DNA of 49,048 nt, taken from NCBI GenBank assembly GCA_016748015.1, contig JAAOMT010000392.1, positions 81,035 through 130,082 of the forward strand. Reading direction: 5' to 3'. Of the stretch, positions 33,806-46,844 are shown piece by piece. The notes under the pieces were generated by a model. The model worked only from the letters and a program-made list of their open reading frames with translations, had not been told where the DNA came from and did no database searches. The position numbers were made by a program, and so were the translations under genes. The stretch comes from Geosiphon pyriformis uo1. Taxonomy: Eukaryota > Fungi > Glomeromycota. Position 1 is the stretch's first letter; each line of letters opens with the position of its first letter.

Positions 33806-35700
33806 GTGGTGACAAAAACCCCTATTCTTACTGTTCTTGAATTCTGCCATGTTATTTACACACAAAATCAAAGTGATCTTGGATTACCAGAAGGGTGTTG
33901 TCCAGCAGAATCTGCTCTCACTTATTATATCAATGCCAGAATAAATTACCACATAGAAAAGAAAGAAGAACCACACAACACAAAACTTGAATTGTATAAA
34001 GAATTATCACAATATACTATAAAGGAAGTAGCAATAATAGCCATGACTATTGTCAAAATCTATTGCAAAATTAAGCAATATATCAACAAAAATTTTCTAA
34101 TATCTACAAAAAACACTAGAAAATGCGCCAACAAGCCAAAAAAAATTTAGAAACTAATGAAAAAAGTAACCAGCAAAAACTAGGAACACCTGCTCAAACA
34201 CCAAAGAAAACTGTCATGCAATCATTGAAAAAACAACATATCTATTTACCAAAAAATAAATCATACTATTTTTCACCAGAAAATAAAATACAAATTTCAT
34301 TAAGAGCTGCATTATTATCAACATTAACTTCACAAATACCAAAAACTTTTAATTATACTGATAAACTTAAACAACATAATTGGGGAAATATACCAATAAC
34401 AGAAGGATATTTATCACATTTCAAAATGCCATTACTCCAGCCAAATTTTGGAGCAAAGTTTGAAAATTATAAAAAAGAGTCTGAATTGGAAACCAAAGAA
34501 CCTATCAAAGAACCAAAAACAAAACCAGTCACCAAATCAAGCAATCAATCTAAAAACCAAGAGGAAAAACTAGATATAAGAAAAGCTACTTTTAGAGACA
34601 CACAAGAAAATATCATCATCACTCCTCTCAGACCAATAAATCTACCAGCAGAAAATGATGATGAAATAACCACATTATACATTGCACAATTAACAGATTT
34701 CTTAGGAGAAAAAAAAGAAACAGATGTGCACATGTGACTTAAAAAAACACAAAAAGCCATCCAAGCAAATAACTAGAATGATCAAAGAGCAATTCAAACA
34801 TTACCTTTTTTTTAAAAGAAATTGCTAACTCATGGTATTAAAGTTTGGAAACAAAACCCACAAGTTTTGCCCAATTCAAAGACATGCTCTTGAAGTATTT
34901 AGCAATCCAAATGCTGTAATTCAATTACAAAACAAATTCAATACTATCAAGCAAGGAACAGGTAAAACTGTTACCCAATATCTTGCTTGATTTAATTGAA
35001 TTTGTCATTAGATTAAAGCAATTAAACAAGAATACTATACCAATCTTCAGGTTTTAAATCAATTTATTAGAAGATTAAAAAGCAACATTTTAAGAAGAAT
35101 ATGCCCTGCCCACCTTAATTCATTACTAGAAGCCATTATGCTTGCCAGAGTCCTTAAATTGGCTAAGAAAAAAGCTAATTATAGTTAAATGGTTAACATA
35201 ATAATAGAAAAAAACAAGACAGAAATGTTAGGAAAAAGAGTAACACAATTAGGGGAGGAACTCTCTAAGAAAATAGAAAGTTATCTCATTTCGAATCCAA
35301 GAAAAAATAACACATACCAAACATCTCAAAGACACAACCAGGAATTCAACAGCAGCCAAAATAATCACTTGTTATGTTAGGACTTCAGAACAGAAACACG
35401 CACCTGCCATTTTTGCAAATATATAGAACATTTGATCAGTCAATGTCGAACACAAATAATGCAAGAGCCATGTGAAAATAATTATTACATGCTCCCCAAA
35501 TGCTCAAAAATTAATACATACCAATACCATGTCAATACTCTACTACATACTAAAATTAAAGAACTTATTAGCAATAACCAGAGATTTCAAATCCAAACTG
35601 GCATCCAGAGTTTTGAAGCCAGCCAGTATTAGGTCAAAACATAATTATTACTAGAAATTCTAATTGTGTAGAACCTAATCAGCAAACAAATGCAAACTAC
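33806..35700 (+). pseudogene. Gypsy gag with long N-terminal extension, disrupted
   Basis: Fragments 33806 and 34123. IAQLTDFLGEK..AIQAN capsid-like start. Knuckle CHFCKYIEHLISQC (~35404). Confidence 0.85.
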
Positions 35701-35879
35701 CCAAATTACCCAAATTTCTAGCCAACTTATCTTAATATATTGGAAAACTTAAATCTCAGAAATATTAATGGTAATATATCTGGAACTGAAAATATCACCA
35801 ATAGCCAGAACTTGATCCAAACAATACCACCAGCCATTGTCACAGAAGATAGCAGCCTCGCAGCTATTTTTCTTTTGAA

Positions 35880-38837
35880 TTAGAGAAAAAAGAGGCTATG
35901 TTTAATGAAGTAACATTGGATGAAAAACACCCAATCACTGCTATATACATGGAAGCAAAAGTAAATCACATGCCAATTAAACTTATCTTAGACAGTAGAT
36001 TTACTGGAAGCATTGTGATGCTTCAACTAGTAAACCAACTAGATTTCAAAGTTGATTGCACCACAACATCCCAAATTATAACAGCCAATAAAAATATCAA
36101 GCTGCCTCATGGTGAAATCAACTTATTCTCTTTTGAAATTAATGACATAATAATACCTACAAAAGTATTAGCAATAAATGCTACATAATATCAAGCATTA
36201 GTAGAGAATGACTGGCTAACAAAAGCCAATGCCACATTAGACTGAACCACTTAAAAGCTTCTTATCAGCTATAATGACCACCATGCCAGAATTCCAGCCA
36301 CATGTGGCCATTTTCAAAAACCCAGCACCAACCAAAGACCCACCTTCAAATTCAAAAAAAATTCACCCCTACCAGCCATTGAAACTTATTAGCTTTCGTG
36401 GGCTGATGACCAAAAAACAGGACTACCAGCCATACCAACTTAGAAGAGTAAAGAAAGATCCGAATAAAACCAGGTAAGTTCACAAAAAAACCACCAGCAA
36501 TGCAGACCAAAACTGGAATGTTCAGTTTGCAATAAAAAACTCTCATTCATGACTGTGTACAGTACATCAGACAAAGACTCAAAAAACCCCACTCACTACT
36601 ATTGTAACTATTGTAACAAAGAAAAATATGATTACCTAAAAAGACATGAAAAATGAGACAAAAAACCATGTCTCACTTGTGGAGAACTATTACCAAAAGA
36701 GTACGACTGAATTAACATGCCAAGCAGAAGAGGAATGTGTGACACAACTTGCCAATACATGATTCTCATCTGTTACTGAATAAGAAGAGGAATGTCATTC
36801 AAAGCAGCATTCAACAGAGTATTAAGAAGACTGCAGCACTATTCACATAACAAAGATGAGTTAAACAACACTGCACAAGCCAAAGTAAAAAGAAGAACCA
36901 CCAAAGAAATATGACGTTGGAAAGTGTCAGCCAAAATAGCCAATGAAGTTGCCAACTATAACATGTTCAACCCAGTGGACAAATTTCAGGAAAATTATCA
37001 ACAGCTGTGTTCCACTCGCTAAGAACAGGAACAATATTTCACTTAGATTAATACTTATTTTTGCAAAGACTGTCTTATCCCATGCCAAAGTCAGCACTGT
37101 GAAGAGTGTCAATACAAAAGAAACTTTGAAAAAAAAATGGAAATTAAGAATCAGCAGTACCAAAATCAATCAATAAATCAACAAAACTCACCTAATAGTC
37201 CCGAGTCAGAAATATTTTAGCCTATACCAATCTAGATCATCTAGTACTATGACAATGGGCACTTAAAAATAGTACCTGAAAGAATCCATCTAACTGATAC
37301 TGGATTTGATCTATGGTATCCAGAAGACCAATTCATGATGTTGCCACCCAGAAGTATTACTAAAATTGACCTAAAAATAGTAGTTGAAATTCTGCCAGGA
37401 ATAATGATCTAAATAACATCACAATCAAGCCTCATGAAAAAAGAAATAAGCATTCAAGAAAGAGTAATTAACTCTGATTACACTAGAAATTTTGTACCAG
37501 TAGAAAATTGAAAGGAATTAACACAAACAATGAGAGAAATTTATGGTTTTGAATCAACAGGAAAAGAAATTAAAGCAAATTTTATTGAAACATCAGAGGA
37601 AAAAAATGAATTAATTAGAAATAAGTGGTCAATCACACTTACACCTTATGAAAAATCAGAAATTAAAATAAAAAAAACAATAAAAGATATAAATCTAATA
37701 TTCGAGCCCTACTCAGAAACTTGCCAACAGTTTTTTATAGGATTTGTTAACCTTTTTATTTCAGTTGACAAAACACAATGGATAAAAATTCTTATTATAA
37801 ATACTATAGAAAAGCTCATATACATTCCAGAAAACACCATCATGAGATGCCTTAGAACAGAACTAAAAAATGTGTTAATACCACAAAAAATTCTGAATTT
37901 TCCAGAAATCGCATTGTATTGTGAACTGACATCAATAAATTGGCAGACACCATTGAAATGCTACCAATTTACACCAGAAAAATTGACAAAATTAAGCATT
38001 GAATTAATGAATCTGGATTAACAACATTAACTAAAAGCATTAATTCTAAAATACTCTGATATATTCTTGCAGGATGGTAAATTTGGATGAACCAACTTGG
38101 TTCAACACCAAATTTTCACTGGTGATACAAGAGCTAAAAAACAACATGCCTATCATGTTCCGCCCATAGAACATAATTTCATCTAAAAAGAAGTCCAGAG
38201 AATACTGGAAAATGAAATAATTTAACCATCTATAAGCCCATGGTCCTCACCAATTGTCTTAGTAAGAAAAAAAAATGGAAAAATTAGATTTTGTGTTAAC
38301 TATCAAGTTGAAATAGACCCAAAAGACAGACACAAAACAGTATTTACCACACAAAATGACAATTATGAATTCAATATAATGCTCTTTGGACTCACTAATG
38401 CCCCTGTAATATTTTAATGACTAATAGACATAATCTACTCAGGAATTTTGTAGCAATCTATTGTTGTTTACTTGGATAATACCAATGTTTTCTTACCAAT
38501 ATTTATGAATTATCTACAACATTTACAACAGGTTTTTGAAAAATTAAGACATGCTGGACTCAAATTAAACTTAAAAAAATGCTTTTTTAGAAAAAATGAA
38601 TTAGCTTTTTTAGGACACATAGTTAGAAAAAATGGAATAAAACTAGATCAATCAAAAGTGGACAAAGTAAAAAACTTTTCAGTACCTCAAAACATAACAG
38701 AAGTGAAAGGATTTTTAAAACTTGCATCTTACTATTAATGTTTTGTAAATAAATTCTCAGACATTGCCAAGTCTCTTAATTATTTACTATCTAAAAATGT
38801 AAAGTTTGAATGAACAGACACACAACAAAAAACATTT
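35880..38837 (+). pseudogene. Gypsy pol 5' part (protease, Cys-rich region, dUTPase, RT), disrupted
   Basis: LILDSR (~35985), TDTGFDL (~37295), GFESTG (~37550), SPWSSPIVLVRKK (~38240), FGLTNAP, VYLDN (~38468), FLGHIV. Confidence 0.92.
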
Positions 38838-39432
38838 NNNNNNNNNNNNNNNNNNNNNNNNNNNNNNNNNNNNNNNNNNNNNNNNNNNNNNNNNNNNNNN
38901 NNNNNNNNNNNNNNNNNNNNNNNNNNNNNNNNNNNNNNNNNNNNNNNNNNNNNNNNNNNNNNNNNNNNNNNNNNNNNNNNNNNNNNNNNNNNNNNNNNNN
39001 NNNNNNNNNNNNNNNNNNNNNNNNNNNNNNNNNNNNNNNNNNNNNNNNNNNNNNNNNNNNNNNNNNNNNNNNNNNNNNNNNNNNNNNNNNNNNNNNNNNN
39101 NNNNNNNNNNNNNNNNNNNNNNNNNNNNNNNNNNNNNNNNNNNNNNNNNNNNNNNNNNNNNNNNNNNNNNNNNNNNNNNNNNNNNNNNNNNNNNNNNNNN
39201 NNNNNNNNNNNNNNNNNNNNNNNNNNNNNNNNNNNNNNNNNNNNNNNNNNNNNNNNNNNNNNNNNNNNNNNNNNNNNNNNNNNNNNNNNNNNNNNNNNAT
39301 TAACCAATTTACAATTTTAAAATTTACAACAACAAATTAATAATACAGTATTAGATTATTATAGTAATATAGAAATCAATGAAGAAATTAACTTTAATTT
39401 CAACAAAGCTTAATTTTGAAAGGAAGGAATAA

Positions 39433-40198
39433 TGTTACAGTTCAAGAATTTAATAGGAATTATAAATAATATAAATTAGCCAATTATGAAATAGCACAGC
39501 AACAATTTATAAAAAAAATGATTTACAAATAACAGCAAGCACTACCATACAATAGCAGCAAGCAATATTTAGAAATAATGGAAATAAAGTATTACAAGAC
39601 ATTATTTTGTAAATTAATAATTATATATATATATAATAGTTTTAATAATGAAAAAAAACAGCTTCAACTCAAAGCAACAAATATCTAAATAAAATTTTAT
39701 TCAAAAAAAATTAATAAAAATAATAAATTGAATTAATATTACAATTATAAGATTAACAATAGAGTTCTCATATTCTTTCTAGTAAATGAAACTATTATTT
39801 TATCTTTGAACTTTTTGAAAGAATAATCTCTGATTAAAATTATTCACGTAGTTACTAATTAAATTAAAAAAGCTTTATTATATACTTAGCAAAATCACAA
39901 AAAGACCATTAATATTCCGTGTTTCTAGATTAGAGAAACACATCAGACAATTGCAAAAATAGCCTCAAAGAAGACTCCAGACAGTATGTAGATTTCAGAT
40001 TAGCCTCTGGGAAAAAGTACACAACATATAAAGACAACTAGAATTAAAGAAAAGACTTATATCACAACATCAAGAGAAAATCTTCAGTACATTATCATTA
40101 ATATCTAACACATAAAATCGAGGAACTCACAAGAGACTGATTGCAATTAAAACAGGATATCAACAATTAAAATATACTAAGAAAACCCTTCTGTAACA
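39433..40198 (+). repeat. 3' LTR (766 bp)
   Basis: TGTTACA...TGTAACA directly after the PPT. Confidence 0.93.
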
Positions 40199-40479
40199 CT
40201 GTTTGAGAATAAACTTTGTAATAACTTGCTAAAAAAAAGTTTTTTTTAGGTTTAAATATTAATTTTATTTTGTTAGTTTATTAAAAAAGCAAAAAAACAA
40301 TACTAAATCTTAGTAACTGTGCTTATTAACTCAAAAAAAACATAACTATAACACTATATTTAAAGTAACAACGTTTTTGTGTTTTATAACAAAAAACTCA
40401 ATAAATAGAACTCCAAATAAAAATTTTTCAAAAAATAATAATTAATTTAACCAACAAAATCAATTTATTTATATTTAAC

Positions 40480-41310
40480 TGACTTTTATTATCAAATTAT
40501 GTATGCCAAATGTTATAAACATACCTTACCAAATTTACTTATAATATTTAGTGTTTTCTGTGAAATTATAAAATTCCAAGACAAAATATTTAAAAAACTT
40601 ACAAAGTAATAACTATTAAAACAGTTAAAAAAAAATTTTGTTTTTTAGAAAAGCATTATATTAATATTTTTGAAAAATTTAGAAATTTCAAAAAAATATA
40701 TTTGTAACTAAAAGTGATTTTTTGTATTATAATATGCCAAGATCAACTATTATTTAAGCAAAACAATAGATATTAAAAACTCGAAAAACAGATTTATTAA
40801 AATTTACTATTATATTCAATTTTAATTACTAAAAAAGCAGCTACAGAAATTCTTTTTTTTATTAACAAAAAGTTAAATTATATACACAAAATTATTACTT
40901 ATAGCTTAAAAAAAACCACAATATTAAAACTCCTAAAAAACTCAAATTAAATACAGAAAGTAATATTAAACAACAATTTAAACAAAAAAATTACAATTTA
41001 CTGTTAGCAAAAATTTTAACTTAAAACTCCAAAAACTTCTAAAAAATTTTATTTTTACAATTTTAACAGAAATTTTTAGACTAAATTATTGAAAAAATAC
41101 AGAACACTATTTATAAATCTTATTTTAACAATAAATACTGCTTTTTAAAATACTATTACTTGAAAATAATAATTATTATAATTACTAGCCAAATTAATGA
41201 CCATTTTTTTCAGAAAAATATCATAGTTTTAATTATTTATAGTTATAAACAAAACAAAACAATCAACATTAAGTTTAACAAGAAAACCTAATCTATTTTT
41301 ATTATGTTTA
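40480..41310 (+). pseudogene. Highly decayed gag N-terminal region of another Gypsy copy
   Basis: aaagtgattttttgtattataatatgccaagatcaactat (~40710-40750) parallels AESALTYYINARINY at 33905-33950. Confidence 0.5.
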
Positions 41311-42168
41311 ATANNNNNNNNNNNNNNNNNNNNNNNNNNNNNNNNNNNNNNNNNNNNNNNNNNNNNNNNNNNNNNNNNNNNNNNNNNNNNNNNNNNNNNN
41401 NNNNNNNNNNNNNNNNNNNNNNNNNNNNNNNNNNNNNNNNNNNNNNNNNNNNNNNNNNNNNNNNNNNNNNNNNNNNNNNNNNNNNNNNNNNNNNNNNNNN
41501 NNNNNNNNNNNNNNNNNNNNNNNNNNNNNNNNNNNNNNNNNNNNNNNNNNNNNNNNNNNNNNNNNNNNNNNNNNNNNNNNNNNNNNNNNNNNNNNNNNNN
41601 NNNNNNNNNNNNNNNNNNNNNNNNNNNNNNNNNNNNNNNNNNNNNNNNNNNNNNNNNNNNNNNNNNNNNNNNNNNNNNNNNNNNNNNNNNNNNNNNNNNT
41701 TTAATATTTTTTTTGTTATTTTTGTTATTAATTAGTTGTTTTTAAAAAAAATATTAATTATAATAAAAATAAAATACATTTATTTATTTTAACAAAATAA
41801 AATTTAATTGCTATTTAGTATAATATAATATTTAAATAATTTAATTTATATACTTTTTATATATAATTAACTATTTAAGTTAAAAAATAATTAAGCTAAA
41901 TTAAAAAAATTTAAAAAGAAACTCAACTTATATAATTTAATATTATTATTATTTATATTTTCATTATTAAAAAATAAACTTACTTAAAAATAATTTAGTT
42001 TTTTTAATATTATATTAATATTAAATTTATTTTTTTTATTTTTATTTTATTTTTAATAAGTAAAATCTAAACACTACTTAGTACAATACATCAAATAATC
42101 AATCTAAATTAGATGTGAATCATGTATTTTCTACACATGACCAGCTATTTAAGCTAATCAAAACAACA

Positions 42169-45100
42169 TTAAGCACTTATATAAATAGAAACAGAGTTCC
42201 TAAGACCTGAAAAAAACAAATAAGACCTCTAAAACCCAAAAGCAACACCAAATGTCTTATCAATACTTAGCAATTTAATCACACCAGCAAAAAATAATGA
42301 AGACAGTTCAGAAACCAATCTCAAAATTAAATCATTATATAATATAAGCCCATTTTTTTCCATAAAAGCATGATGTTTAGTGCAAACTAACCAAATCTCT
42401 TTCCTAAAAGCAAAACAAAAACCATGTATAAAGTCCATAACCTTCTAATTCACAACTTTGGAATCTTTAAAAACAGATACAGCCTTTCGAAGCCAATTTT
42501 TAAAGACAAAGTTTTTGTAAAGAGCTATATACACTGCAACATTTGAAATACAAGAGAACAACAATTGAGACATACATAAAAAGAAAAAAAAAAGACCAGA
42601 AAGCATATACCAAACAGCTGTATAGGCTTTCAATAAATGATGACAAACTGAATTATTAATCACATAAGAAAAAACATAATCTGAAACCTCAATATTATCA
42701 CAATACAAATACAATACATTAGAGTAATACTTGTCATATAGGTGCTTTTGAACAACAACTGGCAATTGACAATACAAAGCTTTCATGAAATATGTATGAG
42801 TGTCAACAATAATCTTATTAGTAAAACTAGCAGCCATATATAAATTAGGTTGCCATATCAAAGATGAGCTAGGCCAATCAATATCTAAAAACAAACTATT
42901 ATTTAAAATTTCAGATCCAAAACCAATCTTCCAATATGCATAATTAATAGACCAAAAAATTTCATGAACAAAATGTCTAGAATTATCAAAAACGACAATA
43001 CTTTCAGCCAAAATACAATGTCTTTTCACATTAAAAAAAGACACTAGAAGGAAAAAAAGCAGTATTGACAAGTGCATCAGCATATTCATTACTCAAGATA
43101 CTCAAATAATCTTTAACTTTACACCAACTAATATTTAAATTTTTTTCTCTAATAATGTTCACAATGTGTTAATGTTCAATCCAACACCAATTCCGAAAAT
43201 TTAGATGTACCAGATTTAATTCCAACTTGCATGCATTTAAGGCAGTCTAATTGTTCATAAAAAGCCAAACTAAGCTAAAAAAAGGAACATATTTAAGAGC
43301 CAATACAATGACTTGCAGCTCTGCCAAAGTAGAAGATAACAGACCAAAAATCTTAATTCTCAAATCCAAGTTTACATTCTCAAAAAAAACCACTGTTTTA
43401 GTCCTCATGTTAGCATTTTTCAAGTTTCTTAGAGATCTATCTGTATAAACAGAAAGGCTGTTAGCTGTAATATCTAACAAACAATCATGAACATGCCTAA
43501 ACTCATTAGACTTCAGAATATTTAAAAGTCTAAAACCATTCAAAGAAGAAAGACCAGTAGAAAAAAAAGCCACATTATTAAGAAAATCAACAGAAAACTT
43601 AAACCAATCAAGAACAAAGCCATGTGAGTCCAGTTTTTTTCAATGCTTAAAGGTTTTCCAATTAAAAACAGCACCCTTCTAACTACAAAGCTGCTCTATA
43701 AAGGCTATGTCATATTGCTAAAGTAAAAGAAAAAACTTAAAGAACTAACACTCAACAAGAACAACTAACATAGGAGTTTCATCTCAAAAATAAAAAGAAC
43801 TGACTATTGGACCACTCAAAGATAAATTGTACCTAAGAAAAATACAAACCATGCTCATCAAAAAGTTATTAAATGAATTGATCTTAATACAAGCTGGAGA
43901 ACTTAAATAATAGAGTGGACACCAACTTAGAGCCTGCTAATCAAGAGATTTGTATAAAAACAAACGACCCAAAATCCCAACAGAATTTGCAAACCACACA
44001 ACAGAAGCCATTTTGCTCTCAGTCTGAACTTGTTCAAAAATTTTTAAACCATATAATAAAAAATAGTAAAGTGCATTGCTGCAAAAGTTAAGAAGCAGAC
44101 CAGATTTCAATTTTAAGCTCTTGCAAATCAAAGCATTCCATTTCTCACACACTTCAATAAGAATAAAACTAAACTGCATTTTGTAACTAACAATAGAATA
44201 GAGAACAGCTGATACTAAATATGAGAACTGTTTATCTGAAATGGTCTTTTTTAGCACAAAATTGGTAAAAAACCTGACATCTGAATGTGCTTTAACCAAA
44301 TTAGACTTTGACAAATCTTAAGTGAACAAAAAAATATCCAGATAATGATAAAACTTCTTTTTCTTGGCAATAAAAATAGGCAAATTACAGATTAACAAAA
44401 AAGAGCATTCAATTCTGCAATTAATAGGAATAGTTACTGTTTTATTATTATTAATGAAAATATTATTAATTCTAAAAAATTCACTAGCAATATTAAAAAT
44501 ATGTTGTATTGTAGTCTAATTGTAACCAACTTAGATTGTATTATTAACAAAAGCTCCAGTAGCAAGAAAAAATGTCAATTTAGCTTAAAATTTTACACAA
44601 CCAGTTTTGGCAATAAAATAAGAATTCAATCTATATATACACATACTTTCTTGTTTCTTGATTTCATATAAAAGAGAATCATAAAATATACACCAAAAAA
44701 GAGGTAAAAACACTTCACTTGGATCCAAACCATCATGCACCTGATACTTATTTGTCAACCCAAAATCAGTTATAACACTGTTAACATAATTATTGTAAAT
44801 ACTACCAAAAAATCTAATAAATTTGTCACACATCTTTATCCTGACCAAGCTTCTCCTAAAATGCTCCTATTTAACAGAATCATAGGTCTTTTGCATGTCC
44901 TACAAGACCAGCCAGAGTTCACAGTCTTTTTCCAAAGCATTCTTAATAACTAAATTAACAGCAAAAATAGAAAATTGTATTGTTGTATCTTTTAAAACTG
45001 AGAAATTGTTCCTTTGCAATACATCATAAGCACTACATGCCAAAGAGATCTTGTCTGAAAGAATCTTAAAAAGAATCTTATAAGCAGTTTTAATTAAAGC

Positions 45101-46844
45101 AATAGAATAAGTATTTGTAAGAATCTCTTCCCACTAATAAAACTTGGAAATCATCGAAATCCAAGCTTTTTTCCAAGCACCAAACACCAATTTTAAGGCA
45201 AACAAAAATTCAAAAGCACTAAAAGCATATCTAAGACTAATTTGTCACAATGCTTCCAAAGTTCATTTGAGACTTCAGAAAAACCAGCAGCTTTGCCATT
45301 AGGCAGATTAAAAATCATACTAAGCAACTCATTGAAACCAATTGAACACATTACATTTGAAAAAGCCTCATCAAAAATGTACTCCAAAGGCCAATATTAA
45401 TAAGACTAATTATCAGATAAATTTGCTACTATTTTATGTTTCCTAGTTCAGTCCTCCATAATCCCATTCACCTTAGTCTTAACCAGATTAGGCTCCAAAA
45501 TTAGTTTATTCTCAATGACCAGATGGTTCAATACCACCTTTTAAAAATAGTGCTCCAGCATATATCTGATTGTATAACTCTTATTGATTACAAAACTTTC
45601 CATCTGTTTATTAATAGCTGACTTTATTTAAGACTCCTTAGTCTGCAAAGACTCAGCAAACTTGAAGACATAATATAATTTTTTTACACTAAAAAAAGCC
45701 AAATGTACATGATCAAGATCTGTATTAGAATCCAACAGAACTTTAACAGACAAAGTCTTATCAATATCTAACAGCTTATTAAAGATTCAAAAATACTTTT
45801 AACACCCTTATGCAAAGACTTGACAATTTTCAACACTAAAATTTTTAGTTTATAAAACTTAAAAAATTTCTTGATAAAGACATCATCATAATTTTTAAAC
45901 CATTTTTTCTTGAAAATTTCATTTACTGAGAGACAAATTATCTTGTGAACAACATTCCACATAGCATTTAAATCCAAAAACCTCTTGGAAACAACAAACT
46001 CATCAAAAAACAATGCTGTATTAGTTACTGTAAATTCTTTAAACTTATACCAATTTGTCTTACCAGCATTTTTGACATTAAACTTCCAAAAATTTCTATT
46101 TGCCTATTTATAAAGAAAATTTAACTGTATATTCAACAGTCTATCTAAACTTATGGACATAGAAACAGCTTAGTGGTTAGTATCAAAGTGTTTACTAACA
46201 TCCAACATATTATGACTCACTACCATATTGACTAAATTTGAAGAAACAAATACATAGTCTATTGTCTTTTTAGCACCCCTCAAATTCTTCTATGTATAAT
46301 TTTTAACAACTGAACTACTTAACAGAGAATTTACCAATCCTAAATCAAAACATTTTTTGAAACTGGCACACCTACATAAACTATCTTTATTGAAATTTCC
46401 ACCCAAAATAACAAAAAAAGATTCATTCACTGTTCTTGCAATCAGCAAGTTGACATCACTAGCTTGAAACAGATGTATGGCTAGAGTGGTACTAGCATAA
46501 AGACCCAAAATTAAAACAGACAACTTATTCTTAAAAAGCAGCTTTATAGACAAGAGTCTGTCAGTCACATCCGAAATTTTGCATATATGTTTTGCCAAAC
46601 CAATATTCATTATAATAGCAATATCAAAGCTTAAGTAGCCAAAATTTAAACCAGAAGTAAACACATAAATGTTATCAAATTTATTTATAATCCAAGAACA
46701 AATCTTACCCTTCAAATTTGTTTTAGTAATAATAATAACCAGATTGTTTATTACTTTATGCCAACAAATAATATCTTTTTGCTTAGCAAAATTGTTCATA
46801 TCTTTAATATTGCATATAGCAAATTTCCAAACCAACCCACTTAT
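42169..46844 (-). pseudogene. LINE ORF2 (APE, RT, RNase H, CCHC)
   Basis: WKFAICNIKDMN, LGGNFN, LPNGKAAGFS, DMQKTYD, VHDGLDPSEVFLPLFW, VYTDRSL..AELQVIVLAL. Confidence 0.93.

Larger units (their letters stand above)
32934..40198 (+). mobile_element. Gypsy LTR element with dUTPase (gag-PR-Cys-rich-dUTPase-RT...), RH/IN missing or in gap
   Basis: LTR pair, PBS-like TGGTAAATCCTACAAGG (33724-33740) and PPT GAAAGGAAGGAATAA (39418-39432). No TSD found. Confidence 0.88.
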
